From: a virus
Direction: 5' to 3' (one strand)
DNA: 64,000 bases
IMG/VR virus record: IMGVR_UViG_3300020411_003736
Location: 32,001-96,000 of that record
In this document: positions 26,840 to 36,589 of the stretch, piece after piece
Layout of the letters: every line of letters starts with the position of its first letter
How positions within the stretch are numbered: position 1 is the stretch's first letter
Translations under genes and position numbers: made by a program
Notes under the pieces: model-generated
Seen by the model: only the letters and a program-made list of their open reading frames with translations
What the model was told of the DNA's origin: nothing
Databases searched by the model: none

Positions 26840-27304
26840 TCATTCATTGTCAACTACTCTCACATGTAATGAATCTACAAAGTGGTCTCCATGATCATCT
26901 GTGTAACCACATATAACTGTAATTCTATACCCTATAAAATTTTCCCAAACTGCAAACATAACATGAGCATTCCCATCTTCATCTGTCATAGATGATGGAT
27001 TAACTAAACTAACCCACTCATTATCGATCTGATACATATAATTTGAATCCCACATTAATCTCTGTGACCATCCACAATTAGTTGAGGCATCCAATCTCGT
27101 ATAAGTTTGTGCTAAATCTGCATTAAATTCTAATTCATAACTTTCATCTGTTTCATTATATGGTAATGTGCTGGATATATCTAACCCACAATCACAATCC
27201 TCAACCATTTCCATTTCTGAACCCATTGGATTTTCTGAACACCCTATCAGTGTCATAACAAAAAAACCTAATAGAAAAAACAATATAAACCTATAACTAT
27301 TCAT
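26840..27304 (-). CDS. Lipoprotein (probable Ig-like fold)
   Basis: LIGC lipobox; TDEDGNA motif. Confidence 0.65.
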   Translation of the reverse strand: MNSYRFILFFLLGFFVMTLIGCSENPMGSEMEMVEDCDCGLDISSTLPYNETDESYELEFNADLAQTYTRLDASTNCGWSQRLMWDSNYMYQIDNEWVSLVNPSSMTDEDGNAHVMFAVWENFIGYRITVICGYTDDHGDHFVDSLHVRVVDNE

Positions 27305-27381
27305 TTAAAACTCCCTTTTAAAAGTTACATAATATCCAGCCAAAAAATAAAAATATAAAAATACCATTGTAAAAACTACCA

Positions 27382-27549
27382 TTAGTTACCACCTACCACT
27401 ATAGCATTTGGAAACTTTTCTTTTAGTGATTTCATTTTTTTCTTCACTACCTCTTCCACATCATATACAGCATCAGGTACAACCTCTACACCATTTATAG
27501 TGATGGTTTCCATAGGATTTTCAAGTTTCCTAAACTTATATGTTTTCAT
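27382..27549 (-). CDS. Hypothetical early protein
   Basis: Start moved to MKTYKF, downstream of the promoter. Confidence 0.55.
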   Translation of the reverse strand: MKTYKFRKLENPMETITINGVEVVPDAVYDVEEVVKKKMKSLKEKFPNAIVVGGN

Positions 27550-27575
27550 TGTTTTTTCCCCTTTTTTCATACCTA

Positions 27576-27615
27576 AAGCTAACAATAAAATGTAATACAA
27601 GTCAAGTCTTTTTTT
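27576..27615 (-). promoter_or_regulatory. Early promoter
   Basis: TTGACT-N18-TAGCTT-TAGGT. Confidence 0.7.
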
Positions 27616-27710
27616 TACCTTTTTTGAATATTTTTTCCCACCTTTTTGCCCATTCTTTTGGTGATATTTTTACTCTTGATTTATCACCCTTACCTGCATC
27701 TGAATATTTT

Positions 27711-27974
27711 TTATTCATCTTCATCTTCTACAAATTGGTCATAACCTTGCATTGGACTAACTTCTGGAGGTGTATCTGTCATTCTCATTATCTTTGTTCT
27801 CTCCTCTTCTAATTTATGAATCCAATCGTTTAACAAATCAATAATTTTATTTTTAGTTACTTCATGATCGTCATTATCCAAAATCTTATCAACCCACTTT
27901 TTATAAGTTCCCAAAAAACCAGACAGCCATATAGCAATTTCAGCCCTCTCTTCAGGCCAGGATCTTTGTCCCAT
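27711..27974 (-). CDS. Hypothetical protein
   Basis: GGAG RBS; ORF track. Confidence 0.6.
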   Translation of the reverse strand: MGQRSWPEERAEIAIWLSGFLGTYKKWVDKILDNDDHEVTKNKIIDLLNDWIHKLEEERTKIMRMTDTPPEVSPMQGYDQFVEDEDE

Positions 27975-28542
27975 AATTAGTCTCCGTAGATTACTTTTAA
28001 GTTGTATGAAGCGTCAGTTACCCAGGTTGGGTAAAGGTAGGTGGTATGTGTTTTCTCTTTTGTTACTAAATAGTCAATTATAATTTCCATATTAATCTCC
28101 ACTAATAAATATCAATTCCCATCTCAATAAGACTTATCATTTATTTTATCCATCATCCTCTGAAGATCAAGTTTCAGATTTTTTCTAGACTTTAACTTAT
28201 CCCGTTTGCTTTTTATAATTTGCTTTATTGGAATTGGGTGTGTGGACATCCTAAGTGTTTTTTTCTTTTTCTTTCTCATCTCTTTATATAATTTACTAAC
28301 TTATGAATTGTATTCAATAATAAATATAATATATTACTTACCACCATAACAAACAAAATAAAAAGTTTACTCTCTATAACCTTATAGTACATATCAACCC
28401 AACTCTCCGCAATCTCTGGAGTAGTTTTCTTAATTTCGTTAATTATCTTCGACATCTTTCAGATCATCAATTAGAAGTTTTACAGCATCCCAATCTTTAT
28501 CATTGACAGCCCACTGAAGTCTTTTTATTATCATTTCTTTTG

Positions 28543-28803
28543 TCATATCAAATTACTATACTTTTGTAACTTTTCTTTTTTATATTTCATCCTTTTCATG
28601 ATATCTTTTGGATGAATCAATTCCTTTTCAAGCAACATATTTATCATAACTTGCACATCACCAACTTCTTCTATGAGTTTTTCATTATCATAATAATCTT
28701 CGGATCTTATAGCCTTAGAACATGCTTCAACCAACTCTCCACATTCTTCCATTGTAATCATTAACAATTCAGTATTATATTCTAACTTATCATTTATTAC
28801 CAT
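28543..28803 (-). CDS. MazG-like NTP pyrophosphohydrolase
   Basis: MEECGELVEACSK...LIEEVGDV. Confidence 0.75.
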   Translation of the reverse strand: MVINDKLEYNTELLMITMEECGELVEACSKAIRSEDYYDNEKLIEEVGDVQVMINMLLEKELIHPKDIMKRMKYKKEKLQKYSNLI

Positions 28804-29075
28804 GACCACCCCATTATTACAAAGTGAAAATATGAATATCCAGCAACAATCCAAAGAAAGCCTTTATAATATTCCATTCTAACATCAGCATCTGTTACCA
28901 TTTTTTTGGTATACATATCTTCTTTAGTTATTTTTCTATTTCCAAATACATCTCTAGCCATAAAAACCCCACATTATTAATTTATATAAAAGATACCAAC
29001 CTAATGCTGTTCCAATTGGCATTAAAATTAACCAGACAAACACTCCAAGCCAATCTACCTTTACTTTAGAATCTC

Positions 29076-29498
29076 TCATCCTTCTTCCTCATGTGGTTTG
29101 CCATGCCAAGGATATAATTCAGCATCATCCTCATCATCAAAAACCATAGGTTTGTCTTTATCTGATTCATCTACATCTTCTGCTATATTAGGATTAATTC
29201 CAGCAGAATTATTCGATTCCACCTCTAATTCACAACCCAAATGATTATAAGCAGAGCCGATGTAATCAAAATCTACATCAAAAGTATTTTTACCACATAT
29301 AGAACATACCCACTTTGCTCTCTCAGCTATTTCTTCTAAATCTTTTTCTTGCCCACCATCAAGTATCATTCTTTCCAAATCATCAATAGTTTCTTCCAAT
29401 TCCAATTTTTGACGAGTATTATTATCCTCTATCTCATCCTTCAATGTATATAATCGAGCCACTATTCTAACTAAATCTTCTTTCATCACGGACTCCAT
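29076..29498 (-). CDS. Hypothetical acidic protein with a Zn-binding motif
   Basis: CSICG...HLGC. Confidence 0.55.
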   Translation of the reverse strand: MESVMKEDLVRIVARLYTLKDEIEDNNTRQKLELEETIDDLERMILDGGQEKDLEEIAERAKWVCSICGKNTFDVDFDYIGSAYNHLGCELEVESNNSAGINPNIAEDVDESDKDKPMVFDDEDDAELYPWHGKPHEEEG

Positions 29499-29643
29499 TT
29501 CCCATCATCTTTATATTCATGTTGATATGATTTAATACCTTCATATAACCAATGAATGTATCTTCTAACTCTAGCACCCAACTCCATATCATTTGGATAT
29601 TTATCAACCATTTCTTTTATTATTTTTCTTACGGTTTTCATAT

Positions 29644-30054
29644 CTATGCTCCCACATAATTGGTTGTTCTATACCAATCAGGTTTCATTGCGATTTTCTC
29701 TTCTATCCTTTTTCTAATAATTTTATAATCCTCAACCTTTGGCATCCAATCTTTCCACAATTCATCAGGCCATTGTTCCCGTTTAAATACTCTTTCCGAA
29801 TCCGGCTTCATCCCGCGTAACCTCATCTCCCTTACCAATTCATTATAACGCTTAGACAAATACTTACCCTTATTATAAAAAAACTTTACATGACCAGTAT
29901 TCAATGTGTATCGTTTTGGAATACTATCAATATCCCAACTCTTTGATTTGAGACTCCGTTGTAATGCTGAACCAACCATAAATATCTCACGATACTCAGC
30001 AATTAAATGTTGGTCTGTCAATTCAGATGGATGTACAATATTAATTCTAGTCAT
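29644..30054 (-). CDS. denV: Pyrimidine dimer DNA glycosylase (endonuclease V)
   Basis: MTRINIV...LTDQHLIAEYREI...YTLNTGHVKFFY...KPDWYR. Confidence 0.92.
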   Translation of the reverse strand: MTRINIVHPSELTDQHLIAEYREIFMVGSALQRSLKSKSWDIDSIPKRYTLNTGHVKFFYNKGKYLSKRYNELVREMRLRGMKPDSERVFKREQWPDELWKDWMPKVEDYKIIRKRIEEKIAMKPDWYRTTNYVGA

Positions 30055-30081
30055 TGTTCTTAATATACTCAATAATTTTAT

Positions 30082-30831
30082 TTAAGTCAAGTCCAAATTT
30101 ATCTCATGTTCATCTTCATATGTTTTTAATATTCTCTTAACCAATGGATGTCTGATACAATCATCTCTCGTAAACTGATGATGGGCCACACCTTCGACAT
30201 CTTTTAATCTGAACCAAACATCATAGAACCCACTCTTTTCATAATTGACAACTCCATTGGCTTTGTACTTATCACATTGGCTCATATCACCTTGTATAAT
30301 CATCTTACAATTCTCTGATAATCTAGTCATCAATGTCTTTATCTGCATTGGTGATACATTTTGAGCCTCATCTAATATCACATAACAATTCTCTAAGTTT
30401 ACACCTCTGAGAAAATTCAATACTCCTATTTCAATTTTACTGTCATGTACCATTTTAGCTGCTTTATCCTTACCAATTATCTTATCCAATATGGTAAAGG
30501 TTGATTCGTTGTATTGTTGTATCTTCTTATCTAATTCACCAGGTAGGTATCCTAACTTATCTTCATTACCAACATCAACCGTAGGATTTATGATTATGAG
30601 TTTGTCATAACCCGTACCTCTCCTAAGTACATCTTGCAATGCCTTATAAATTGATACATAAGTCTTACCAGTTCCAGCAATACCATGACACAATATTAAT
30701 TGATTATCAAAATTACAAAGTTTCTGATATAATAACTTTTGATTTTCTGTTTTAGGTTCAAAGTTATTTACAATTTTTGGTATCTGTCCAATTGGTGTTT
30801 TATAAACTCGCTCTTTCTTCAATTTAACCAT
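30082..30831 (-). CDS. phoH: PhoH-family ATPase
   Basis: GIAGTGKT, LGYLPG, FLRG, ILDEAQN, GD.SQ.D and RHPLV. Confidence 0.92.
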   Translation of the reverse strand: MVKLKKERVYKTPIGQIPKIVNNFEPKTENQKLLYQKLCNFDNQLILCHGIAGTGKTYVSIYKALQDVLRRGTGYDKLIIINPTVDVGNEDKLGYLPGELDKKIQQYNESTFTILDKIIGKDKAAKMVHDSKIEIGVLNFLRGVNLENCYVILDEAQNVSPMQIKTLMTRLSENCKMIIQGDMSQCDKYKANGVVNYEKSGFYDVWFRLKDVEGVAHHQFTRDDCIRHPLVKRILKTYEDEHEINLDLT

Positions 30832-31187
30832 TCCCTATCAAAATCCCAACTTGCTCCTGTGTATGGCACTCTAACTAAATGATATAATTTGCCATCTATA
30901 GAAAAAATTTCATTTTTATGTTGTGGATTTACAACTTCAAAAGCTATTCTTTCATAAATCATCTCTAAAGTTTCTTCTCTTTGTATATCTATAGGTATTG
31001 AATTAAGTGAATATGGATGAATTATAGTAATACCAAGTTCTAAATTACTATCTGGATGATAATCATTTGGTGATAATATATAAGGTATCATTTCTGGTCT
31101 CACTTGCCCAGTCAGTTTTGCTGTACAAAAAAGGAATGTACTAATTGCAATTAAAAGATGAACTAACGATATATTTATTTTTTTCAT
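30819..31187 (-). CDS. Secreted hypothetical protein
   Basis: MKKINISLVHLLIAIS... signal-like N-terminus. Confidence 0.55.
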   Translation of the reverse strand: MKKINISLVHLLIAISTFLFCTAKLTGQVRPEMIPYILSPNDYHPDSNLELGITIIHPYSLNSIPIDIQREETLEMIYERIAFEVVNPQHKNEIFSIDGKLYHLVRVPYTGASWDFDREWLN

Positions 31188-31822
31188 TATGACTCCACTA
31201 AAACCCAACCCCTTTCCAATAAGGGTATTGCTTTTTTATATTTAACAACCTTTGAATCAGGACCACAAGCAATTAATACCTTCTGATTCCTACCTATTTT
31301 CTTTTCAACTCTGACAGTAGTATCCACTTTCCTATCCATACATACTACACCATTCAAATGATCAATCTCATGTTGAACACAAACTGATTCTAACAATCTC
31401 TGTTCCCTATCATGTTCTTTTGCTTTTTCTGCTTCCCAAGTACCTTTTGCACTTTCACCAACATCACAACCACTAAAAATCCAACCACTTTCTGATTGTG
31501 CGGTTTTTATGTGGACTGTTTCGTATCTTTTGGTGTGTACTCCTTTACCAGGATAAGATAAACATCCTTCATAATAATCTATCTCATTATGTTTCTCAAC
31601 GATTTTAGGATTTATTAAAACTATCGGCTCGCGTACATTAACAACAGCAACAGCAGCATCGATACCAATTTGGTTAGCAGCCAAACCAATTCCATCTTTA
31701 TTTTTGTTGAGGATCCTAAATAATTCTGTTGCAATTTGTTCACCTTCTTCAATTGAAACCTCTCTCAGTTTTTTATTAATAACTGGATTGTGTTCTTTAA
31801 AACAATTTATAACCTTTTTCAT
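31187..31822 (-). CDS. def: Peptide deformylase with an extra C-terminal domain
   Basis: GIGLAANQ, EGCLS and QHEIDHLNG. Confidence 0.92.
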   Translation of the reverse strand: MKKVINCFKEHNPVINKKLREVSIEEGEQIATELFRILNKNKDGIGLAANQIGIDAAVAVVNVREPIVLINPKIVEKHNEIDYYEGCLSYPGKGVHTKRYETVHIKTAQSESGWIFSGCDVGESAKGTWEAEKAKEHDREQRLLESVCVQHEIDHLNGVVCMDRKVDTTVRVEKKIGRNQKVLIACGPDSKVVKYKKAIPLLERGWVLVES

Positions 31823-31852
31823 GTATTAACTTACATAGAAAATCTATGATTG

Positions 31853-32041
31853 TCAAGTATTTTTTGGATCTAACTTTCTGATACAATGGGTGGGTACATT
31901 TTTTATAACTTCCTTTGTTTCCAGTACCTTAACAACATAAACGCCACCAGCTTCATCTAATATTTCAACCCTTTGTGTTTTATGTATCACACCATCTGGA
32001 GACATTATCTCTTTTGTCGCTATACCTATTTCATTCTTCAT
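31853..32041 (-). CDS. Hypothetical protein
   Basis: ORF track. Confidence 0.5.
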   Translation of the reverse strand: MKNEIGIATKEIMSPDGVIHKTQRVEILDEAGGVYVVKVLETKEVIKNVPTHCIRKLDPKNT

Positions 32042-32206
32042 TTTTTAATAACTCAACTTTATTTTGTTTTATTGTAAAAAGTTTACCAATTTTAGTTTCA
32101 ACCTGATAAGTTTTGGATAGTTGATCTAACACATTTATTATAACTACATCACCTTTGTAAAGTGCGCCATCAGATGTAAAAACATCTTCTTTCATTTTTC
32201 CCTTCA

Positions 32207-32710
32207 TTAAAAATTCCCTGCTGATGGAAACCAGCCGTTAAATGATAAAAAACAATTTGGGCACAATAATCTCAAATTAGACATCTCATAATTATCTCTT
32301 TGCCCATCAATAAAATCCAATCTCAATAATACCTCATCTTTACCCAAAACTACTTCATTATAAGAACAAGAACTACACTCTTCTTCAATCCAACCTTCAC
32401 CAATTAATCTGTTTTTTAAATACTTCATGCTCAACTTATTCTTCCTATCCTTTTTCGCAAGTATCTGATCCAATGGTTTTCTATATTTCCCATAACCTTT
32501 CTTTATACCAAATCCATGTGGGTTTAAATTATTTTCCCACAAATCATACATCCTAGCATATTTTCTGAAAGTCAAATAGTTTATACCCAACCATCTAGCA
32601 GCGGCAGAATTTGATTTTGTTTGAGATTGAGCATCCTCAATCATTTTCTTAGTTATAGATAATTTCTTTCCAGGTATTCTAACGGGTTTTTCGAAACTAC
32701 GACTTGACAT
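32207..32710 (-). CDS. HTH plus degenerate HNH-like zinc-finger protein
   Basis: SNSAAARWLGINYLTF HTH; CSSC...LDFIDG...NLRLLCPNC. Confidence 0.65.
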   Translation of the reverse strand: MSSRSFEKPVRIPGKKLSITKKMIEDAQSQTKSNSAAARWLGINYLTFRKYARMYDLWENNLNPHGFGIKKGYGKYRKPLDQILAKKDRKNKLSMKYLKNRLIGEGWIEEECSSCSYNEVVLGKDEVLLRLDFIDGQRDNYEMSNLRLLCPNCFLSFNGWFPSAGNF

Positions 32711-32921
32711 ACACCTTTTCTTGAGGTTCTAACTTTATCTCTATCTGTTCCTTCACATCAAAGGCAGTGCCTTCATCTATCTTTCTGTATTGTTTACTCG
32801 CCGCGCTTTGTAAAACTCTAAATACATCACCTCTGTTGAGTTCTGAAAAAAAGCTTTCTTCCCAATCACTACCAATTGATGGCGGATCGTATCGGTCTTG
32901 AGCATGATCATTTGTACTCAT
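32697..32921 (-). CDS. Hypothetical protein
   Basis: ORF track. Confidence 0.55.
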   Translation of the reverse strand: MSTNDHAQDRYDPPSIGSDWEESFFSELNRGDVFRVLQSAASKQYRKIDEGTAFDVKEQIEIKLEPQEKVYVKS

Positions 32922-33131
32922 TTATAACTCCTCTAGTTTTTTAAGTTGATTGATAACATCTCTGACATTATCTTGAACCATATCAAATGGATTAACACGA
33001 TTCTTTTCTGTGACATTTACAGTTGAAACATTGCCATTTTCTACTTTATATAAATCAATGTTCAATTTATCATACATTATGTCCATTACTTTTCTTATTC
33101 TATCAATCTGTTCTTTCATTTTTCTCTCCAA
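32922..33131 (-). CDS. Hypothetical protein
   Basis: ORF track. Confidence 0.5.
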   Translation of the reverse strand: MERKMKEQIDRIRKVMDIMYDKLNIDLYKVENGNVSTVNVTEKNRVNPFDMVQDNVRDVINQLKKLEEL

Positions 33132-33339
33132 ACTCTAATATTAATTGTTTTTCATTTTCTTCTTTTTTTAATTCGTCAGGTACTTCGTCAAATTCGTCAT
33201 TCCACCTCAATAAAAAATCACCGATATCACCATTCAATTTTTGAAGTTCACCAAATGCTAATTTCCTAACAAAATGTTTTTCTTCTTTATCTACAACAGT
33301 GGTCATCAAATTACTAATATATAAACCTAATTTATCCAT
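33103..33339 (-). CDS. Hypothetical protein
   Basis: AGGAG RBS. Confidence 0.55.
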   Translation of the reverse strand: MDKLGLYISNLMTTVVDKEEKHFVRKLAFGELQKLNGDIGDFLLRWNDEFDEVPDELKKEENEKQLILEFGEKNERTD

Positions 33340-33371
33340 TATATAACTCCTATTACACTTATAAATATAAC

Positions 33372-34568
33372 CTATTTGTCATAAACGATATAATCTTTTT
33401 CATATGTCCTCAGTGAATTGATGTAAAATTTAAATATATCCAACTCCAACTCCCCTATCTCACCAGAATCTTTTAGTATTGATGATAAATTTGCAATAAC
33501 ATTAAAATGATGTTGTTGAAATTTATTACAATCAAATTCCACACACACATCATGTAAATCTGATATCTTATTATGACCATATAAAAATATTCTCTCATCC
33601 AAATCAAAGTCTGTATTTGGTTGTTCTTCTCTCTTATATTCCGTCATATAATCCGAACCAAAATCTAAATATATTTTACTACACCAAGGTTCTAAAACCT
33701 TCAACATCTCTTTATTGCAATTATAAGCAACAAAACCTATATCATATTTAGGTTGAACTATTGGTAACATCAAATCAGTATGTTGAACTTGACTACCCCA
33801 CTTACGAATGAAATCTCTGGTTGAATTATTCATCAATTGTTGCCACTCTTCACTCTTCTGATTATGTTCTTGTGTCACCTTTCCATGTTGAAATTGTCCA
33901 CCCCTACCAGTCAAATGGTAAACCAAACTATTCCAAGGTTGTATGAACTCAAACCCAGCCAAAGACAACCTATTGAACACATCACTGTCCTCTCTCGCAG
34001 AACGAAACATATAATCATGACCACCTATCTTTAGGAATTCATCTTTATACATCATCCAAGGTGCAAAGATACCATTAGTTACCTTATCATCTTCAAGCCT
34101 AGCAGTCACATACTCATTGAACTCATTGTGTTTAAAATCTTCTGGCCACATTCCAAAATCTTCTAATATCTTTTCCCCAGCATTTGGATGTATCGGTGGT
34201 TCTATACGAGTCGAACAAACTACAGTATTTTTCTTTAAATGTTCATAAGCTTTTAAGTCCGCATGTTTACCCAACATCATATCCGCATGAAATATCATAA
34301 ATATATCTGTTTTTGAATTCTCTACACAAAAATCATAAGCCTTACCTATCCCATATAAATCTGCTCCAAGTCTTGGATTTATGTCATATGTGAAATTATA
34401 TTTTTTAACATTATCAGCACACCACTCAACAGTGTTGTCCTCATCAGCATCTACAAAAACGAAAATGTCATGATCATCTCTGTAAGCATTCTCTCTTATA
34501 GATGGAATACAAGTTTTTAGATACCTTAAATTATTTTTACTCGGTATACAAAATGTTATTTTTTTCAT
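33372..34568 (-). CDS. Glycosyltransferase family 2
   Basis: ITFCIPS.N...FHADM...REDSD...VYH. Confidence 0.85.
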   Translation of the reverse strand: MKKITFCIPSKNNLRYLKTCIPSIRENAYRDDHDIFVFVDADEDNTVEWCADNVKKYNFTYDINPRLGADLYGIGKAYDFCVENSKTDIFMIFHADMMLGKHADLKAYEHLKKNTVVCSTRIEPPIHPNAGEKILEDFGMWPEDFKHNEFNEYVTARLEDDKVTNGIFAPWMMYKDEFLKIGGHDYMFRSAREDSDVFNRLSLAGFEFIQPWNSLVYHLTGRGGQFQHGKVTQEHNQKSEEWQQLMNNSTRDFIRKWGSQVQHTDLMLPIVQPKYDIGFVAYNCNKEMLKVLEPWCSKIYLDFGSDYMTEYKREEQPNTDFDLDERIFLYGHNKISDLHDVCVEFDCNKFQQHHFNVIANLSSILKDSGEIGELELDIFKFYINSLRTYEKDYIVYDK

Positions 34569-35235
34569 ACATTACCTCTGCTATTTCAAATTGCCATTGA
34601 TAATCAATATCGAATGCTTCATAACCATTTATTGGATATAAAACTGGATCATTTTTCTTTCTCCAAGAACCACACCACTTTCCTTTACCTATTGATTCCA
34701 TCAAAGAACCATACAAACAATGAGCTGCCTGATAAGTTGATTCCACTGCTTTCGAATTCAACAAATCCTGCCCCTCTGGCCAATCATTCAACATAATACC
34801 TTCTTTATTCCAAAAATATTCTTTCTTATCTATTACAGCAAACATACCATCATAATCTGATTGGATATATGATTCAATAAATCCTTCAATGGTTTCTTCT
34901 TTAAGAAGTGGGTTACATCCAGCTACCATAACCACATACTTAAATGGTAATTTATTATACCACTCAAACATCACATCTATGCCAGAATCTATATTTGCTG
35001 ATTCATAACTTCTTTCAAATATATTTATTGGATATTTATTTCCAACATCAATAAGTTCTTTTTCATTAGCCGACAAATATATTTGATTATTCGGTATAAT
35101 GTCAATGTTAACTAATTTCTCTAACACTAAATCAACCAATGTAGTTCCAGCAAAATCTTTAATCATCTTTTTGGGAACTCTTTCAGAATTTAATCTAGAT
35201 TGAACTATGAATAATATATCTTTAATATCCTTCAA
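34537..35235 (-). CDS. neuA: CMP-nonulosonate (CMP-NeuAc/KDN) synthetase
   Basis: SRLNSERVPKKMIK.FAG...NPLL...FDID. Confidence 0.8.
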   Translation of the reverse strand: MKDIKDILFIVQSRLNSERVPKKMIKDFAGTTLVDLVLEKLVNIDIIPNNQIYLSANEKELIDVGNKYPINIFERSYESANIDSGIDVMFEWYNKLPFKYVVMVAGCNPLLKEETIEGFIESYIQSDYDGMFAVIDKKEYFWNKEGIMLNDWPEGQDLLNSKAVESTYQAAHCLYGSLMESIGKGKWCGSWRKKNDPVLYPINGYEAFDIDYQWQFEIAEVMYEKNNILYTE

Positions 35236-35525
35236 ATTTCTTCTATCCTCTTTGTCTTATCACATATTAATAAATCGTATACCGGCTTCTCACCAGCTGA
35301 TAATTCATGATGTTTACAACCCCACTCATCTAATTGTTTTTTGGTAACTTCATACCAATCTATTCCAGTTCCACTACCTCTCGCAGTCCAATACTTTATA
35401 TGATGTCCATCATCATACAACTTATTAATTTTATTTATATTCTCATAAATTGGTTCAGCATTACCATAGTCTCCATTATAATCACCTGAACATATTGTGT
35501 CGTCTATATCAACAAAGATAATCAT
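35232..35525 (-). CDS. Small HAD phosphatase (capsule-biosynthesis type)
   Basis: VDIDDTI...WTARG...KP.YD.LICDK. Confidence 0.8.
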   Translation of the reverse strand: MIIFVDIDDTICSGDYNGDYGNAEPIYENINKINKLYDDGHHIKYWTARGSGTGIDWYEVTKKQLDEWGCKHHELSAGEKPVYDLLICDKTKRIEEI

Positions 35526-36580
35526 TTGAAATCATCAACCTTTATCAACTCATTTTTACCATAGTTCCTCTGAACTTTCTTTCCTATAATTCCACCTAAC
35601 TCTTCCCACTTCATCCCATCTCCAGGACTTATCATATGTACATCACTTTCATCCAAAACATGCCCAATGTGTAAAAGTTTATTAGTTGCCAAAGACCTTT
35701 CTAATTTATTTGATGCTAACTCCACAGACTCATGTTTAAAAACAATTTTATCACCCAAAGATTTTTCAAATGTTCTGATATTGTGTACCAACTCTTTCAT
35801 TTCATGTGGTTCAGTAGAACCTATTTGATCTGTACCTTTCATTTTCTTATCTAAGGTGACATGCTTTTCAATTATTTTAGCACCCATAGCCACAGCAGCT
35901 AAAGGTATATGCCACCCAATCGAATGGTCTGAATAACCTATGGTGCATCTATCTCCATACTTTTCATATAATCTCTCTATCGACAATAAATTTAAATTAG
36001 AAAACTCTGCTGGATATTGTGATAAACAATGTAATATACTTATCTCTCTATTTTTATTATCCAATATATCCAAAGCAACATCAATCTCATGCTCCCCAAC
36101 CATACCCGTTGAAAAAATAATATCATTATCCGTCTTACTAATTTCATTCAACAAAGGTATATTGGTTACATCTCTTGAAGCTATCTTTATCTTATCAATA
36201 GTAGTCATATTTGCCAACTCCACTGTTTTTGGCGAACACAATGTATCAACAAAATCAACACCCTTCCCCCGTACATAATCTGACAGCTCACAATGTTGTT
36301 CATAAGTAAACTCCAAAAACTCTCTATGTTCACCATAAGTTTTTCCAAAAGAATTTGGACCCAAATAAGGACTATCCATCATCTCTTCAGTCAATTCCTC
36401 ACCCAAATCTCTCTTTGTCAACTTTATAGCATTTATAGTATTTAACCTATCACCAGTAGTCTCGTCGTATGAATAAACAACAAGCTGATCAATTAACTTT
36501 TTACATATGTCAATATCCCCATTGTGATTTTGACCTATTTCGGCTATAATATAGGTTTCATTATCATTTTTCACAAACAT
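35522..36580 (-). CDS. neuB: N-acetylneuraminate / nonulosonate synthase (NeuB family)
   Basis: IIAEIGQNHNGD, KIAS, STGM, LHCLSQYP, GYSDH, IEKHVT; C-terminal SAF/AFP-like domain. Confidence 0.92.
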   Translation of the reverse strand: MFVKNDNETYIIAEIGQNHNGDIDICKKLIDQLVVYSYDETTGDRLNTINAIKLTKRDLGEELTEEMMDSPYLGPNSFGKTYGEHREFLEFTYEQHCELSDYVRGKGVDFVDTLCSPKTVELANMTTIDKIKIASRDVTNIPLLNEISKTDNDIIFSTGMVGEHEIDVALDILDNKNREISILHCLSQYPAEFSNLNLLSIERLYEKYGDRCTIGYSDHSIGWHIPLAAVAMGAKIIEKHVTLDKKMKGTDQIGSTEPHEMKELVHNIRTFEKSLGDKIVFKHESVELASNKLERSLATNKLLHIGHVLDESDVHMISPGDGMKWEELGGIIGKKVQRNYGKNELIKVDDFK

Positions 36581-36589
36581 ATCATACTC

